NCBI RefSeq assembly: GCF_001194135.2
Contig: NC_068986.1
Coordinates: forward strand, 33,858,738-33,892,521
Direction: 5' to 3'
DNA: 33,784 nucleotides
From: Octopus bimaculoides
Taxonomy: Eukaryota
In this document: positions 1-10,850 of the stretch, piece by piece
Numbering within the stretch: position 1 is the first letter of the stretch
How the letters are laid out: the number at the start of each line of letters is the position of its first letter
Made by a program: the position numbers and the translations under genes
Notes under the pieces: model-generated
What the model saw: the letters and a program-made list of their open reading frames with translations, nothing else
What the model was told of the DNA's origin: nothing
Databases searched by the model: none

Positions 1-88
1 AAGTATTAATTGAGTACTGGAGTTGACGTCATCGACTAACCCCCTCCCGCAAAATTTCAAGTCTTGTACCTATAATAGAAAGTATTAT
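1..88 (+). mobile_element. SINE family A, 3' part (cut by window edge)
   Basis: gtactggagttgacgtcatcgactaaccccctcccgcaaaatttcaagtcttgtacctataatagaaagtattatt matches the 3' half and tail of the family A copies at 104-322 and 1034-1248. Confidence 0.75.
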
Positions 89-103
89 TTCTATAACATT
101 ACA

Positions 104-322
104 GGCGGCGAGCTGGCAGAACTGTTAGCACGCTGGACGAAATGCTTAGCAGTATTTCGCCCGTCGTTACGTTCTGAGTTCAAATTTTGCCGAGGTCGAC
201 TTTGCCTTTCATCCTTTTGGGGTCGATAAATTATGTACCAGTTACGCACTGGAATCGATGTAATCGACTTTAATCCTTTCTCCCAAATTTGAGGCCTTGT
301 GCTTCCAGTAGACAGAATTATT
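104..322 (+). mobile_element. SINE family A (tRNA-type head), full length
   Basis: Starts ggcggcgagctggcagaactgttagc (A-box-like TGGCAGAA), B-box-like GAGTTCAAATT, central gtcgactttgcctttcatcc...ggtcgataaa...gtaccag, tail agacagaattatt. Many homologous copies in the window. Confidence 0.9.
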
Positions 323-1033
323 TCTATAGCATCATATATCTGTTTAACTCTATTCATCGAAATGTACAATTTCGTATGTACGCACTCGTGATAGTAAGTA
401 AAAATTATACATCTATTTCACAAGGTCTTCTTATCCACTAAACCTACCTATGTAAGACATGACAAATCTCGTATCTATCAACAAACGGATGGCGGAGGAG
501 GAAATGTTTGAAGTGATCTCAAAACGGAAGTGGTGGGTTTAAGAATCTGCAGAGTACATCTGTCGGCAAAATAATATACTTTTGAATTATATTTAGAAAG
601 GCGCTAACATCGCTCAGCAAAGTGAACGTATCCAGTGAGCTGACTTCCATTTCAGACTGCAAGTGCTTCGGTTCAGTTTCAACGTTAATGTCTTTAAGAA
701 AATATGAAGGTCGAAGTTCGCATTAATCTCTCCGTCCTTTCGCCGAAGTAGACAACTTTTCTACTGAGGCAAGGCAACCTGATACAATTCTTGTGTCCAT
801 TAATATTTCACTTCCTTACTGGTTAAGAAACTTGATGAATGAAAACGGGGGAAATATTTATTTTTCCTGTAACACAGTTATATATAACAGGCTCTTGTAG
901 CCACTGATACGCGAAAGAAAGTATTTCTTATGTACATAATGTCTGTAAAATTATTCCAGTTGAATTTCGGTTTAGGTGCAACAAATTTCGTCTTTAGTTA
1001 AACCTTAGATGGCACAGAATACGTATATCTTAA

Positions 1034-1248
1034 GGCGGCGAGTTGGCAGAAACGTTAGTACGCCGGACGAAATGCTTAGCGGTATTTCGTCTGTCTTTAC
1101 GTCCTGAGTTCAAATTCCGCCGAGGTCGACTTTGTTTTTCATCGTTTCGAAGTCAATCAATCAAGTACCAGTTGCGTACTGGGTCGTTCTAATCGACTGG
1201 CCCCCTCCCCCAAAATCTCGGGCCTTGTGCCTAGAGTAGAAATGAATA
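1034..1248 (+). mobile_element. SINE family A, full length
   Basis: Colinear with 104-322 throughout (ggcggcgagttggcagaaacgttag...gagttcaaattccgccgaggtcgactttg...ggccttgtgcctagagtagaaatg). Confidence 0.9.
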
Positions 1249-1334
1249 CATATATCTAAATTATTAAATTTTTACTAAATATATATATATTGTGATAAAA
1301 AATGTTTTTGTCTCCCCCCCCCCCCCACACACAC

Positions 1335-1510
1335 CGCTGATAACCGGTATTGGTGTGTTTACATACCCGCAACTTAGCAGTTCGGTGAGAGACCAATAGA
1401 ATAAGTACCAGGCTTTAAAAAAAAATATGTACTGGGGTTGATGTATTCGACTAAAAATTCTTCAAGGTGCCCCCAGAATGGCCGCATCCTAATAACAAAC
1501 AAATAAAAAG
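1335..1510 (+). mobile_element. SINE-like repeat family B
   Basis: gataaccggtattggtgtgtttacatacccgcaacttagcagttcgg...gaataagtaccaggctt...atggccgcatcc...aaacaaataaaaag is homologous to 3964-4170 and 4300-4535. Confidence 0.8.
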
Positions 1511-1539
1511 ATGAAACAAATAAACTGAATTATATTTTT

Positions 1540-1756
1540 TTCTATTTAAGGCACAAGGCCTGAAATCTTACAGGAAGTGGGCTGGTCGATTACATCGACC
1601 CTAGTACTCAAGCGGTACCTACTTTTTTCATAGGCCCAGAAAGAATGAAAGGCAAAGTCGACCTCAGAGAAATTTGAACTTAGAAAGTAAAGTCGAAAGA
1701 AAAACCGCCAAGAACATTTTGCCTGTCGTGTTAATTGTCTGTAAGCTTGCCGCCTT
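1540..1756 (-). mobile_element. SINE family A, reverse orientation
   Basis: Reverse complement of family A: ggcacaaggcctgaaat...gaatgaaaggcaaagtcgacctc...aatttgaactt...cttgccgcctt. Confidence 0.85.
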
Positions 1757-2319
1757 GAACTAAACTATAATGGAAATATCTGGTTATGCGACATATTGTC
1801 ACCACATCTGATGTCGATCTTTCTTATTAACGAAGTTTACAAATTTACATTCTCTCCTATTAACAACAATAGCAACAACAGCATCTATAAAAACAAGAAC
1901 CTTGCTTCACACATCTGTACTATCGTCTTCATACACCATACCAACGCACAGAAATTTGTTAGTTCTCCTATATTTTTTTTTAGACGAATCAGACCGCAAC
2001 TAGGTTCCCAGAAAAGACTCAAGTTATTAAATGCTTTCATAGTTTTTTTAGGCGGTACATAACACCGAGTGAAGAGAGTTAGATTGAGGATGAGACTAGT
2101 GAAAGCAAAATAACCATTCGGACTGGATAAAACTTATTTGCTTCTTTTAATATCTGCGTTGTTATACTTACAAAGCTTCACACTGTTATGTATGAGTTTT
2201 TTCTTTTTGTTATTTTAAAAAATTTGGAATACATACCACTTAAAAGATTTGGAATTGAAAGTTAAGAATCCAATTGAACATTTTTCTTAATAATCAAGTG
2301 AATTAGAACCGACTTACAG

Positions 2320-2674
2320 GAAATATATTTACATACACACAAACAGATGCACGCACACACACACACACATACCCACACATACCCACACACACACACTAGC
2401 ACACTCAGACATACGTATTCGTGTCCATGTGTGTGTGTACCTACAAACATATAATACACACACATATTTAACATTGATAAATATACATGTGTACACACAC
2501 ACACAATATGTATATATATATATACATACATATATATATATATATATATACACATATATGCATAACCTTATATATGCGCACACTTTTAATAAGTTTTTGT
2601 GATTGTGTGAATTCACACACACACACACACACACACACATATAGAAAGAGACAGACAGACAGACAACGACAAAC

Positions 2675-2707
<33 letters not shown>

Positions 2708-2910
2708 TTAACGTATATATATGTGTGTGTGTGTGCATACACATATATATGTGTGTGTGTATATGTATTTTATATACATATATACATATAATACATAGAT
2801 ATACACGTACACACATACATACATACATACATACATACATACATACATNNNNNNNNNNATACATACATACACACTTATGCATACATACACACATACATAC
2901 ATACATACTG
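2320..2910. repeat. Compound microsatellite (CA)n/(TA)n/(TAGA)n/(CATA)n containing a 10-N gap
   Basis: Directly visible; source of the spurious YIYI/CVCV/HTHT ORFs. Confidence 0.95.
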
Positions 2911-3676
2911 ATTTATACGTTAGAAGTAAAAATAAAGGAAGCAACTGAGCTAAGCAAAACAAACAAGAAAATAATTAGTTTAGAAGAAGTAGGGGAAAAA
3001 ATAATAACGTTAAACGGAAAATAGAAGTGGCAAGTATTGAAAGTGATACGACCAACATCAAAAGCATCAAAGGAGATGCCGCTCAGGTCACTTACATAGC
3101 ACAAGGTTTTTCAATTTAACATTTCTTATAGAATCTGGTCGCTGGATTGGTGGAATCTGCTGTGACGTCCGTCAAAAATTTCACCACGGCGTTTCATTGC
3201 TTCCATGACTGCGTTCAAGCTTCGAATGTTGCTAGAGTTAAACATGGTTTTGTTCTTTTTTTTATTTATTTTTTCCCCACATCTGGGGGGAGTAAATTAA
3301 AACACCCTTCCTGTTCTGAGCTTGTGTCTTACTGACGTCGACGTTGTTTTGTATACACGTACAATATATTATTTATAACATATGTATATTATATGCGAGG
3401 TTGGAAAAAGAAATGACAATTAAGCCCTAGGCCCTATAGATAGTGAAATGGTCATAGTTGTTTGTGTGTCGGAGACAACGTATTGTGATATTTGTTTTCT
3501 CAGCAACTTGGGTTGAAATCCTGTTTATGACAACTTTACCGTCTGTCTTCTAGAAGTTGAAATAAAATGCGATAAGTTGTGACTTGGGAGAAATTTTGCT
3601 CTTGTTTCCAGTATGCAAGAGCAACATGCAGTTTAATGGTTGACTCGAAATAATCTAAGCAGATGGTGTTTCGCCC

Positions 3677-3735
3677 TAGGTCATCCCTGATCGACCAGTC
3701 CTGTGATGAAAGGTTGATCCAGTCACGTTTTTTTT
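3677..3735 (+). repeat. Short dispersed repeat family C (~60 bp), degenerate
   Basis: ccctaggtcatccctgatcgaccagtcctgtgatgaaagg...ccagtc resembles 24429-24490 (+) and, more loosely, the reverse complement of ~3870-3930. Confidence 0.4.
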
Positions 3736-3963
3736 GTATACCAGAAGGTACATTATCAAATATATCCAAAATTAAAAATCCATATATCGATATGAGTTAA
3801 GGGGAATTTGACAGCTAATTCTAGCGATTCGAACGGGTATGTAGGAGTCCTTTGTTGAGCATCGAGATGAGCTGGTCACCTCAAGATCATCTTTCAATAC
3901 AAGTCTGCTCAGAGATGATCAGATCTGTACTGGAGAGTAATGTCGGTCCTGGAGATTTTGGCA

Positions 3964-4271
<308 letters not shown>

Positions 4272-4299
4272 GCATGTATTTGTATGTGGGTGGGTGCCT

Positions 4300-4535
4300 A
4301 TTCTTTCTTATTCTTTTATTTGTTTCAGCTATTTAACTGCAGCCATGCTGGAGCACCGGCTTAAAGGGTTTTAGACGAAGAAATCGATGCCAGGACTTAT
4401 TCTTCGTAAGCCTAGTACTTATTCTATCACTCGCTCTTTTGGCGAACCGCTAAGTCACGGAGACGTAAACACGTCAACACTGGTCGTCAAGTGATGATGG
4501 TGGGGGAGACAAACACAGATACAAAGACGCACACA
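4300..4535 (-). mobile_element. SINE-like repeat family B, reverse orientation
   Basis: ttcttttatttgtttcagc...cagccatgctggagcacc...agcctagtacttattct...gacgtaaacac...gatggtgggggagacaaacacag is the reverse complement of 3964-4170. Confidence 0.85.
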
Positions 4536-5199
4536 CACACATATATATATATATGTGTGTGTGTATACATACAAGCGCACGTGTGTGTATATATGCATAT
4601 ACATATATGTAACCCAAAATTTGAAGGCATATCTTAAAGGGACATAACTAAGTAGTGAACAATATTTACTCCGGTATCGTGCCTTTTCTTACTGCCACTC
4701 AGTTTCACTCAGACTCTAATAATGCTAAATTAAATAAATAAGAATTAATTATTAAATTAATAAATAAATAAAATAAAACTCATAACCAATCCTTCTCCTT
4801 TCAATTTTATCGTCGAGCTTCAAAAGGAACATAAGAATAAAAATTAAAAAAAAAAAATAGAATGAAATAATTTTGTTCGGTGTTTTTGTTTTCTTATTTA
4901 TATTTCAATTTTGGCAATTTTTATGTATTTTTAAAAGCAAAAGAACCGACAATTCCGGGAGAAGAGATCGATAAAAGACATTAAAAAAAATAAAACTTCC
5001 AAGTGTAATTTGGAAAATGTAAACCGTAGAAATACAATTATAAATGGGTAAAACACATTTAATCTAATTTGCAATGTGTCAATCGTTAATTCTACGTCAT
5101 TTTGGCAAGCATTTTTACGAGATGTTAACGGTGGTTAAATGTAATATGATTCCCAAAAACCTTGATTAATATAACGCGATAAGAGCTTTGTTCAGTGAG

Positions 5200-5438
5200 C
5201 GAAATACATTTCAATCATATATATGTATGCATGTATATGTATATCAATACACGTACATATATGCATATTATACATAAATATATAAATAATACATACACTC
5301 ACACACACACACACACATACACATTTATGCACGCACATGGACACTCACGCACACACATATAAATGTATTCATATATACATATATCAAAATATATTTACAT
5401 ATGTACTGTATAAGCAAGCACATATATATGCATGTATG

Positions 5439-5490
<52 letters not shown>

Positions 5491-5820
5491 CGCATATATA
5501 TATGTATATATACTTATATATATGTATGTATATATACTTATATATATGTATGTATATGTGCACATATTTATATACATGTACAGCTGTATATGCGTTTACA
5601 TATTTCAACGACACACACACATACACACACGCAAATGTATCTATATATGAATGTATAACTTGACAGTATATTATTTGTTCGTATAATTCTATATGCATAA
5701 TTATACATATGTGTTGTGATGGTGGGGTGTGTTAGTTGGTGCACGTATGTATGAGTGTGTGTGTGTGTGCATGTGTCTGTGTGTGTGAGTGTGTGTGTGT
5801 GTACGTGTGTGTCCGGGTGT
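5200..5820. repeat. Degenerate (TA)n/(CA)n/(TG)n microsatellite field
   Basis: Directly visible; includes a short ~24-bp unit (tatatatgtatgtatatatactta) near 5500-5560. Confidence 0.9.
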
Positions 5821-6239
5821 AATGATATAATGTCGAGAATACATGAAAATAATCGTAAAAGTAACAAAAAACAAAATGGAAGAAAATAGAATGAGGCGAA
5901 AATGAAGCTAAGGGTGACGGTCGGAGAACATTGAGAATGAGGGGAGCTAAGTGAAGGAGAAATTTGGGATAGAATATATGTGTGTGAGACGGAAGAGATT
6001 TTGTAAGAGGGACACATAACTACTGTGTATAAGGGTGGGAATAAAAGAATAGGATGTAGGAGGGGGAATGGGAATGCCTTATTCATAAATTGATCTGTAA
6101 CTCTAATAATCTGGTGAGAGCATGCAACCGCTGTGACCAGGATTAACAGTAATAGAGACACAGCGAGTCATTTGGGAAATCAGGAATGGTGTGTTAATCA
6201 GTGGCATCAACACCCCTTACACACAATGCGTTATATACC

Positions 6240-6286
<47 letters not shown>

Positions 6287-6669
6287 NNNNNNNNNNGTGT
6301 GTGTGTGTACAAATATATACATTAATTTATATGTACTACACGTATATATATATATATATATGTATGTATATAAGCATACATATAAAGATATATGTACTCA
6401 TATATACATTCATATATATATACACGTATAAACATACATGCATACATACATACATACATACATATGGATGTGTGCAGTTATTGAGTCAAATATGAGTATA
6501 TTTTTATGTTGTGTATATATATAAGACGGTACAGAGATTTGTCTAAAGGCAATATGGCGATGGTTCATGATACTCCACATGTGATTTGGTAAAATGTAAC
6601 TTTGTGTATGTACATATAGCCAGATGCAGAATGAGAGAGAGAGAGCGAGAGAGAGAGAGGGATGTGTGC

Positions 6670-6727
<58 letters not shown>

Positions 6728-6792
6728 ATGTATGTATGTATAAAACGTATAATGTATACCTATAAACAACAGTGAGCGTATATACGTATCCG

Positions 6793-6833
<41 letters not shown>

Positions 6834-6852
6834 ACACAATCGTACAGATATA

Positions 6853-6889
<37 letters not shown>

Positions 6890-6890
6890 T
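6240..6890. repeat. (TA)n/(TG)n/(CA)n/(GA)n microsatellite field containing a 10-N gap
   Basis: Directly visible. Confidence 0.9.
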
Positions 6891-7219
6891 AGGCTGTAAG
6901 CGCACGGTGTCTAAATGGCAGGTGGATAAAAGAGTAGACAGAAAAGCAGGAAGACCGACAGACAGATAGGCAAACCAGCAAACGGACAGACACATCGATC
7001 GATCGATGGATCGATAGATTGATTGATAGATGATTATAGGTAAATGTTTGCATATCGCCGATTCAGTTGCATTGGAATGCCCATAGACTGCAAACGTATT
7101 TGTGATAGTCATTATAGGCATATACATTTATTATATGAGTGTATATGCTAATATATCTTTGTACACACACATATAAGCACTCTCGTATACACTTAAGGCT
7201 ATATATAAGTATGTGTGTG

Positions 7220-7250
<31 letters not shown>

Positions 7251-7299
7251 TAGAAGGAAAAGGACAACAAAAACCAAGGCGGGACGAGTATCTCAAGTC

Positions 7300-8150
7300 A
7301 TTTAGAATGTTTAATTAGAGCAAGGTGAATTTGAAGTAATTTGTTAATTAATTATTGGATTCTTACACCTGTTTCTCGGATATCTCATGTCATAGGTAAG
7401 CATCTCCATACACTGGGTATACCGTCATCAGAGAGCAGGTGAGTATGTACGAACATTCTAGACATAGATTTCAGTCTACAAAGGAATAAAATAGTAGATA
7501 GAAGAATACAGACAGGAGAATAAGGTTACAGAAGGTATAGAGGTTGGTCCGTGCTTCCGTGAAGGTATCGGTCCTTAAGTATAATCCCAGGTAGATCCAG
7601 GCAGTATTTTAGCAGTGTTCTGAATGTTGCGTTCATGTTGAAGGAATAGATTTAGTGGTTAGTTAGTATGAAAATGGTCCACGGGGGTATATAGAAAGTC
7701 AGACATTATAACAGACAGATATAGGTTGTGAATGAGTGAAGAGAGGAGAAAGAGAGAAAAGAAAGGAATGGGATTGGTGCGGAAAAGATTGAATGAGAGC
7801 GAAAGTAAAATAAAACTTAAATTTTAAAAATATAAAGATAAGAAGCCAGTGTTATTCTTCATTAAGGTCGGTCCGGGGTGAGAGGTAAGGCGTTATGGTT
7901 TTGGTAAAGTGGAGGAAGAAGGCATTTATGGCAATTAATTAAATAGATGAATTCTAGGTTCGGTGTGATCAGAAAGAATATTTAGTTCAGTGATCAGTAA
8001 AGAGAGCTAAAAATAGATATCAAACTTAAGGGAGGATATAGAGGATTAACAATACAATTACATGGATAAAAGATTTTTAAAAATTAAAGAATTAAAAAAT
8101 TAAAAGTTAAAAATAAAAACTTTAAAATGTTATAGATTAAAAATTAAAAA
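7300..8150 (-). mobile_element. Probable Penelope-like element (pLTR/3'UTR) remnant, no recognisable ORF
   Basis: On the minus strand, T-rich and pyrimidine-rich UTR-like sequence leads into a CTGATGA...GAAAC hammerhead-like motif, as in PLE pseudo-LTRs. No RT or GIY-YIG translation recognised; boundaries approximate. Confidence 0.4.
7358..7442 (-). ncRNA. Degenerate minimal type-I hammerhead ribozyme motif
   Basis: Minus strand reads ...CACCTGCTCT-CTGATGA-CGGTATA...(long loop)...TATCC-GA-GAAAC-AGGT-GTA-AGA. CUGAUGA at 7431-7425, GAAAC at 7375-7371, stem II arms (C)GG(T)ATA/TATCC(G), minimal stem III with a GUA triplet, 3-bp stem I TCT/AGA. A GA duplication precedes GAAAC. Confidence 0.5.
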
Positions 8151-8533
8151 GATTATTGCAGCTAGCTAGCTTCTAAGACAGATGAAAGGAAAGAAGAAAA
8201 AACGGACGTCTATTGTAAGGGCCGTGGATATAGGCAAGTGTTATGTGTGTTGATTTTGCTTGCATTTGGACCTGTGGAAGAATCTAAATTTACAATAGAA
8301 CTTATGTTTACATGTAGAGTTTCGTGCTCTTTGTGTGTGTGTGTGCGTGTGCGCGTGTGTGTACGAGTGTGTGCTTCTCCGCACTTGAAGTAGGAAAGAT
8401 TGAAATAAGAATGCTTAAACCATTTATAGCAAGTTTATATACACACAAAAGTCGAACTGCGATCGCTGAAAGATTTTGTTTCGGAAAACAATTTTTACTA
8501 AGAGGCTTTATATTTTAAAAACGTAACTTACTC

Positions 8534-8545
8534 CACGTGACGTCA
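8534..8545. promoter_or_regulatory. Overlapping E-box (CACGTG) and full CRE (TGACGTCA)
   Basis: ctcCACGTGACGTCAgc in non-repetitive sequence; function unproven. Confidence 0.4.
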
Positions 8546-8944
8546 GCAGACTCTCAGACACGGCTGTTTTGGCGAGATCTCGCTTCCTCAATGAAAGAGA
8601 TCACTTCGGTCATTTGGTGATACGTTTGCTGATTTGTGCGAAAGAAAATCAGTACTTATAAGACAGCCGAGATTTGTAGTCGCTTTTGCATAGATTCAGA
8701 AATTTTAGCAAGTCCCATTGACCGTAGTGTGTCTGCCACGGAGGAGGTGAAATCAAACCGAAACCCCGGTGCTTCTCTGTTGGCTGATCTCATTTGGAGT
8801 ATGTTTCTAGCAAACAAATTCCTTTAGGAGGAGTTGTTCTCCAAGACTAAATGCCACGGTGGGCACTGTTCCACATTTTTGTGTACATAAATGTGTTAAA
8901 CATTGTCTACATATCTCTGCCTCTCATTTCGAGACACACGCACA

Positions 8945-9023
8945 CAGAAGAAGAAGAAGAAGAAGAAGAAGAAGATGGAGGAGGAGGAGGAAGAGAAGAA
9001 GAAGAAGAAGAAGAAGAAGAAGA
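8945..9023. repeat. (GAA)n(GGA)n(GAA)n polypurine mirror-type repeat
   Basis: Directly visible; explains the poly-E/K/R/S ORFs. Confidence 0.95.
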
Positions 9024-9074
9024 ATTGTACTCAATACCACAGACTTGCTTGTCAATTGTTTGACCATAACCAGT

Positions 9075-9483
9075 TGAGCATGGGTTGCTGACGATATGTG
9101 CATCGTTAATCACGAACAGAAGTATTGGGGGAGCATCATAACTATGTGTTGACTGTAATTATCTGGGATTTGAATAATTTACCTCCGGAAACATGGATGC
9201 TTCATTCAACATCATTAAACAACCCTTATTCAGGGACCTTTTCAGCAGGACGGGCTATTCGACTTGAAGAAAATTCTAACTGGTCCCCCACCTGCAATAT
9301 CATGCGCCGTTCATCTTGGTATGAGATCACAATATCACGCGCATATGGTTGTGATGCATGTGCCTGTTGCACAACTTATCATACGGGTAGACACGATGGG
9401 TATACTGGGCTTCGTATATTTTACCCCAGTGTCACTTTGATGGCATGCGCTGCTCTCTCATTCAATAATAATAATAATAATAA
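9075..9483 (+). mobile_element. SINE-like interspersed repeat family D with (AAT)n tail
   Basis: gggggagcatc...aacaacccttattcagggacc...ggttgtgatgcatgtgcctg...atgggtatactgggcttcgtatattttaccccagtgtcactttgatggcatg...ctctctcattc(aat)n. Recognised from memory as an abundant octopus repeat; single copy in this window; 5' boundary approximate. Confidence 0.6.
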
Positions 9484-9883
9484 ATATCTGTACAGGAATT
9501 TGACAAAGTAAGTAAATATAAGGACCTTGAAATTGAAATACAAAAGATGTGGTATCTTAAAGCGAGAACTGTTCCTGTTATTATTGGTGCTCTTGGTAGG
9601 GTAAGAAAGGGATATAAGAAACATCTAGATAATATCCCAGGAGAACCATGTCTCAGAGAAACCCAAAAGATTGTGCTGACAAGTACTGTTCACATCCTTA
9701 GAAAAACTCTATTAATTTAAATGTATGTGTTGTATTACATGAAGATATTTCACTACTGCCCCTGCTACTTGCCCTCCCTAATCTTTCAGTCATATTCTAA
9801 CAGCTCTTATCCTTTACTCGCCCTAGGATGCTGGGTGTGTCTCGGCGAGTGACTGTAACAAACATGTATATTAAAAGTAAATA

Positions 9884-9905
<22 letters not shown>
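9484..9905 (+). mobile_element. 5'-truncated RLE-type (R2 superfamily, R4/Dong-like) non-LTR retrotransposon: C-terminal nuclease-domain fragment, 3'UTR and (TAA)n tail
   Basis: 9484-9720 translates without stops as ISVQEFDKVSKYKDLEIEIQKMWYLKARTVPVIIGALGRVRKGYKKHLDNIPGEPCLRETQKIVLTSTVHILRKTLLI*, with the K..KY.DL and P.IIGALG motifs of restriction-like endonuclease C-termini. 3'UTR hairpin ACTCGCC(9816-9822)/GGCGAGT(9844-9850). (AAT)n on both flanks. Absent from the ORF track because it has no early start codon. Confidence 0.85.
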
Positions 9906-9942
<37 letters not shown>

Positions 9943-9975
9943 AATGGTAACAATGATGATGATGATGATGATGTT
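9881..9975. repeat. (AAT)n(GAT)n microsatellite
   Basis: Directly visible. Confidence 0.95.
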
Positions 9976-10329
9976 AATAATACTCTAATGAATATCCTAT
10001 AAATCCCACTAACGTATCACTATGCATCGTAATTAAACACAATCTTTCAATAATCAGCTAATTATCAGTTGTCCAGTATAATCTTTACCATCTAAACATG
10101 TACATTATTTATTAGTTAATTGAACGAACGAGGGAGATGAGATTAAGCAACAACAAGAAATGCACAGGAAGAAAGATGGTGGAAGTAAAAAAAACATGGC
10201 GGTTGACTGATGATCAAGAATTACGAAAGGAGTCGGGGGCGGCATTGTGTCGCATACTGTGCAGTTAAGATCTCCCAATTTTGTTTGTTTGATAATTGAA
10301 CTGGTATGTAAATAATTACTTCAATATAT

Positions 10330-10348
10330 CTACTACTACTACTACTAC

Positions 10349-10412
<64 letters not shown>

Positions 10413-10420
10413 AAGAAGAA
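10330..10420. repeat. (CTA)n(TAA)n(GAA)n microsatellite
   Basis: Directly visible. Confidence 0.95.
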
Positions 10421-10618
10421 TCCTTTCTACCGTAGGCACAAAGGGCCTGAAATTTGGGGAAAGGGATTAAGTCGATTACATCGACTCCAGTGTGTGTATA
10501 ACTGGTACTTATTTAATCGACCCCGAAAAGATGAAAGCAGAGTCAGAACGCAGTGACGGGCGAAATAACGTTAAGCATTTCGACCCGCGTGATAGCGATT
10601 CTGCCAGCTCGCCGCCTT
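10417..10618 (-). mobile_element. SINE family A with internal deletion, reverse orientation
   Basis: aatcctttctaccgtaggcacaaagggcctgaaatttg...actggtacttatttaatcgaccccgaaaagatgaaag...gattctgccagctcgccgcctt; the gtcgacctcggcggaatttga segment is missing. Confidence 0.88.
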
Positions 10619-10631
10619 TATAATGATAATA

Positions 10632-10850
10632 ATAATGGTTTCGAATTTTCCCACAAGGGCAGCCATTTTGAGGAGGGAGATGAGTAGATTACATCTGCCA
10701 TCAATGTTTCACTGGTACTTAATTTATCGACGCCGAAAGGATGAAAGGAAAAGTCGACCTCGCGGAATTTGAACTCAGAACATGAAGACAGACGAAATAC
10801 CGCTAAGCAATTCGCTCGGCGTGCTAACGATCCTGCCAGCTCACCACTTT
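10632..10850 (-). mobile_element. SINE family A, reverse orientation
   Basis: actggtacttaatttatcgacgccgaaaggatgaaaggaaaagtcgacctcgcggaatttgaactcagaac...cgatcctgccagctcaccacttt. Confidence 0.88.

Noticed and set aside
24-31. Perfect CRE (TGACGTCA)
   Set aside because: Falls inside a family A SINE at a position that differs in other copies; likely a chance mutation.
9125-9511. 128-aa ORF
   Set aside because: Lies within interspersed repeat family D and ends in its (AAT)n tail; no protein motif.
9420-9890. Shared 3' end between SINE family D and the Dong-like LINE (partner relationship)
   Set aside because: Apart from the (AAT)n tail, the two 3' ends show no visible similarity.
10205-10235. 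CTGATGA...GAAA second hammerhead-like pattern
   Set aside because: No stem II pairing (tcaagaattac) and no valid stem III, so a chance match.
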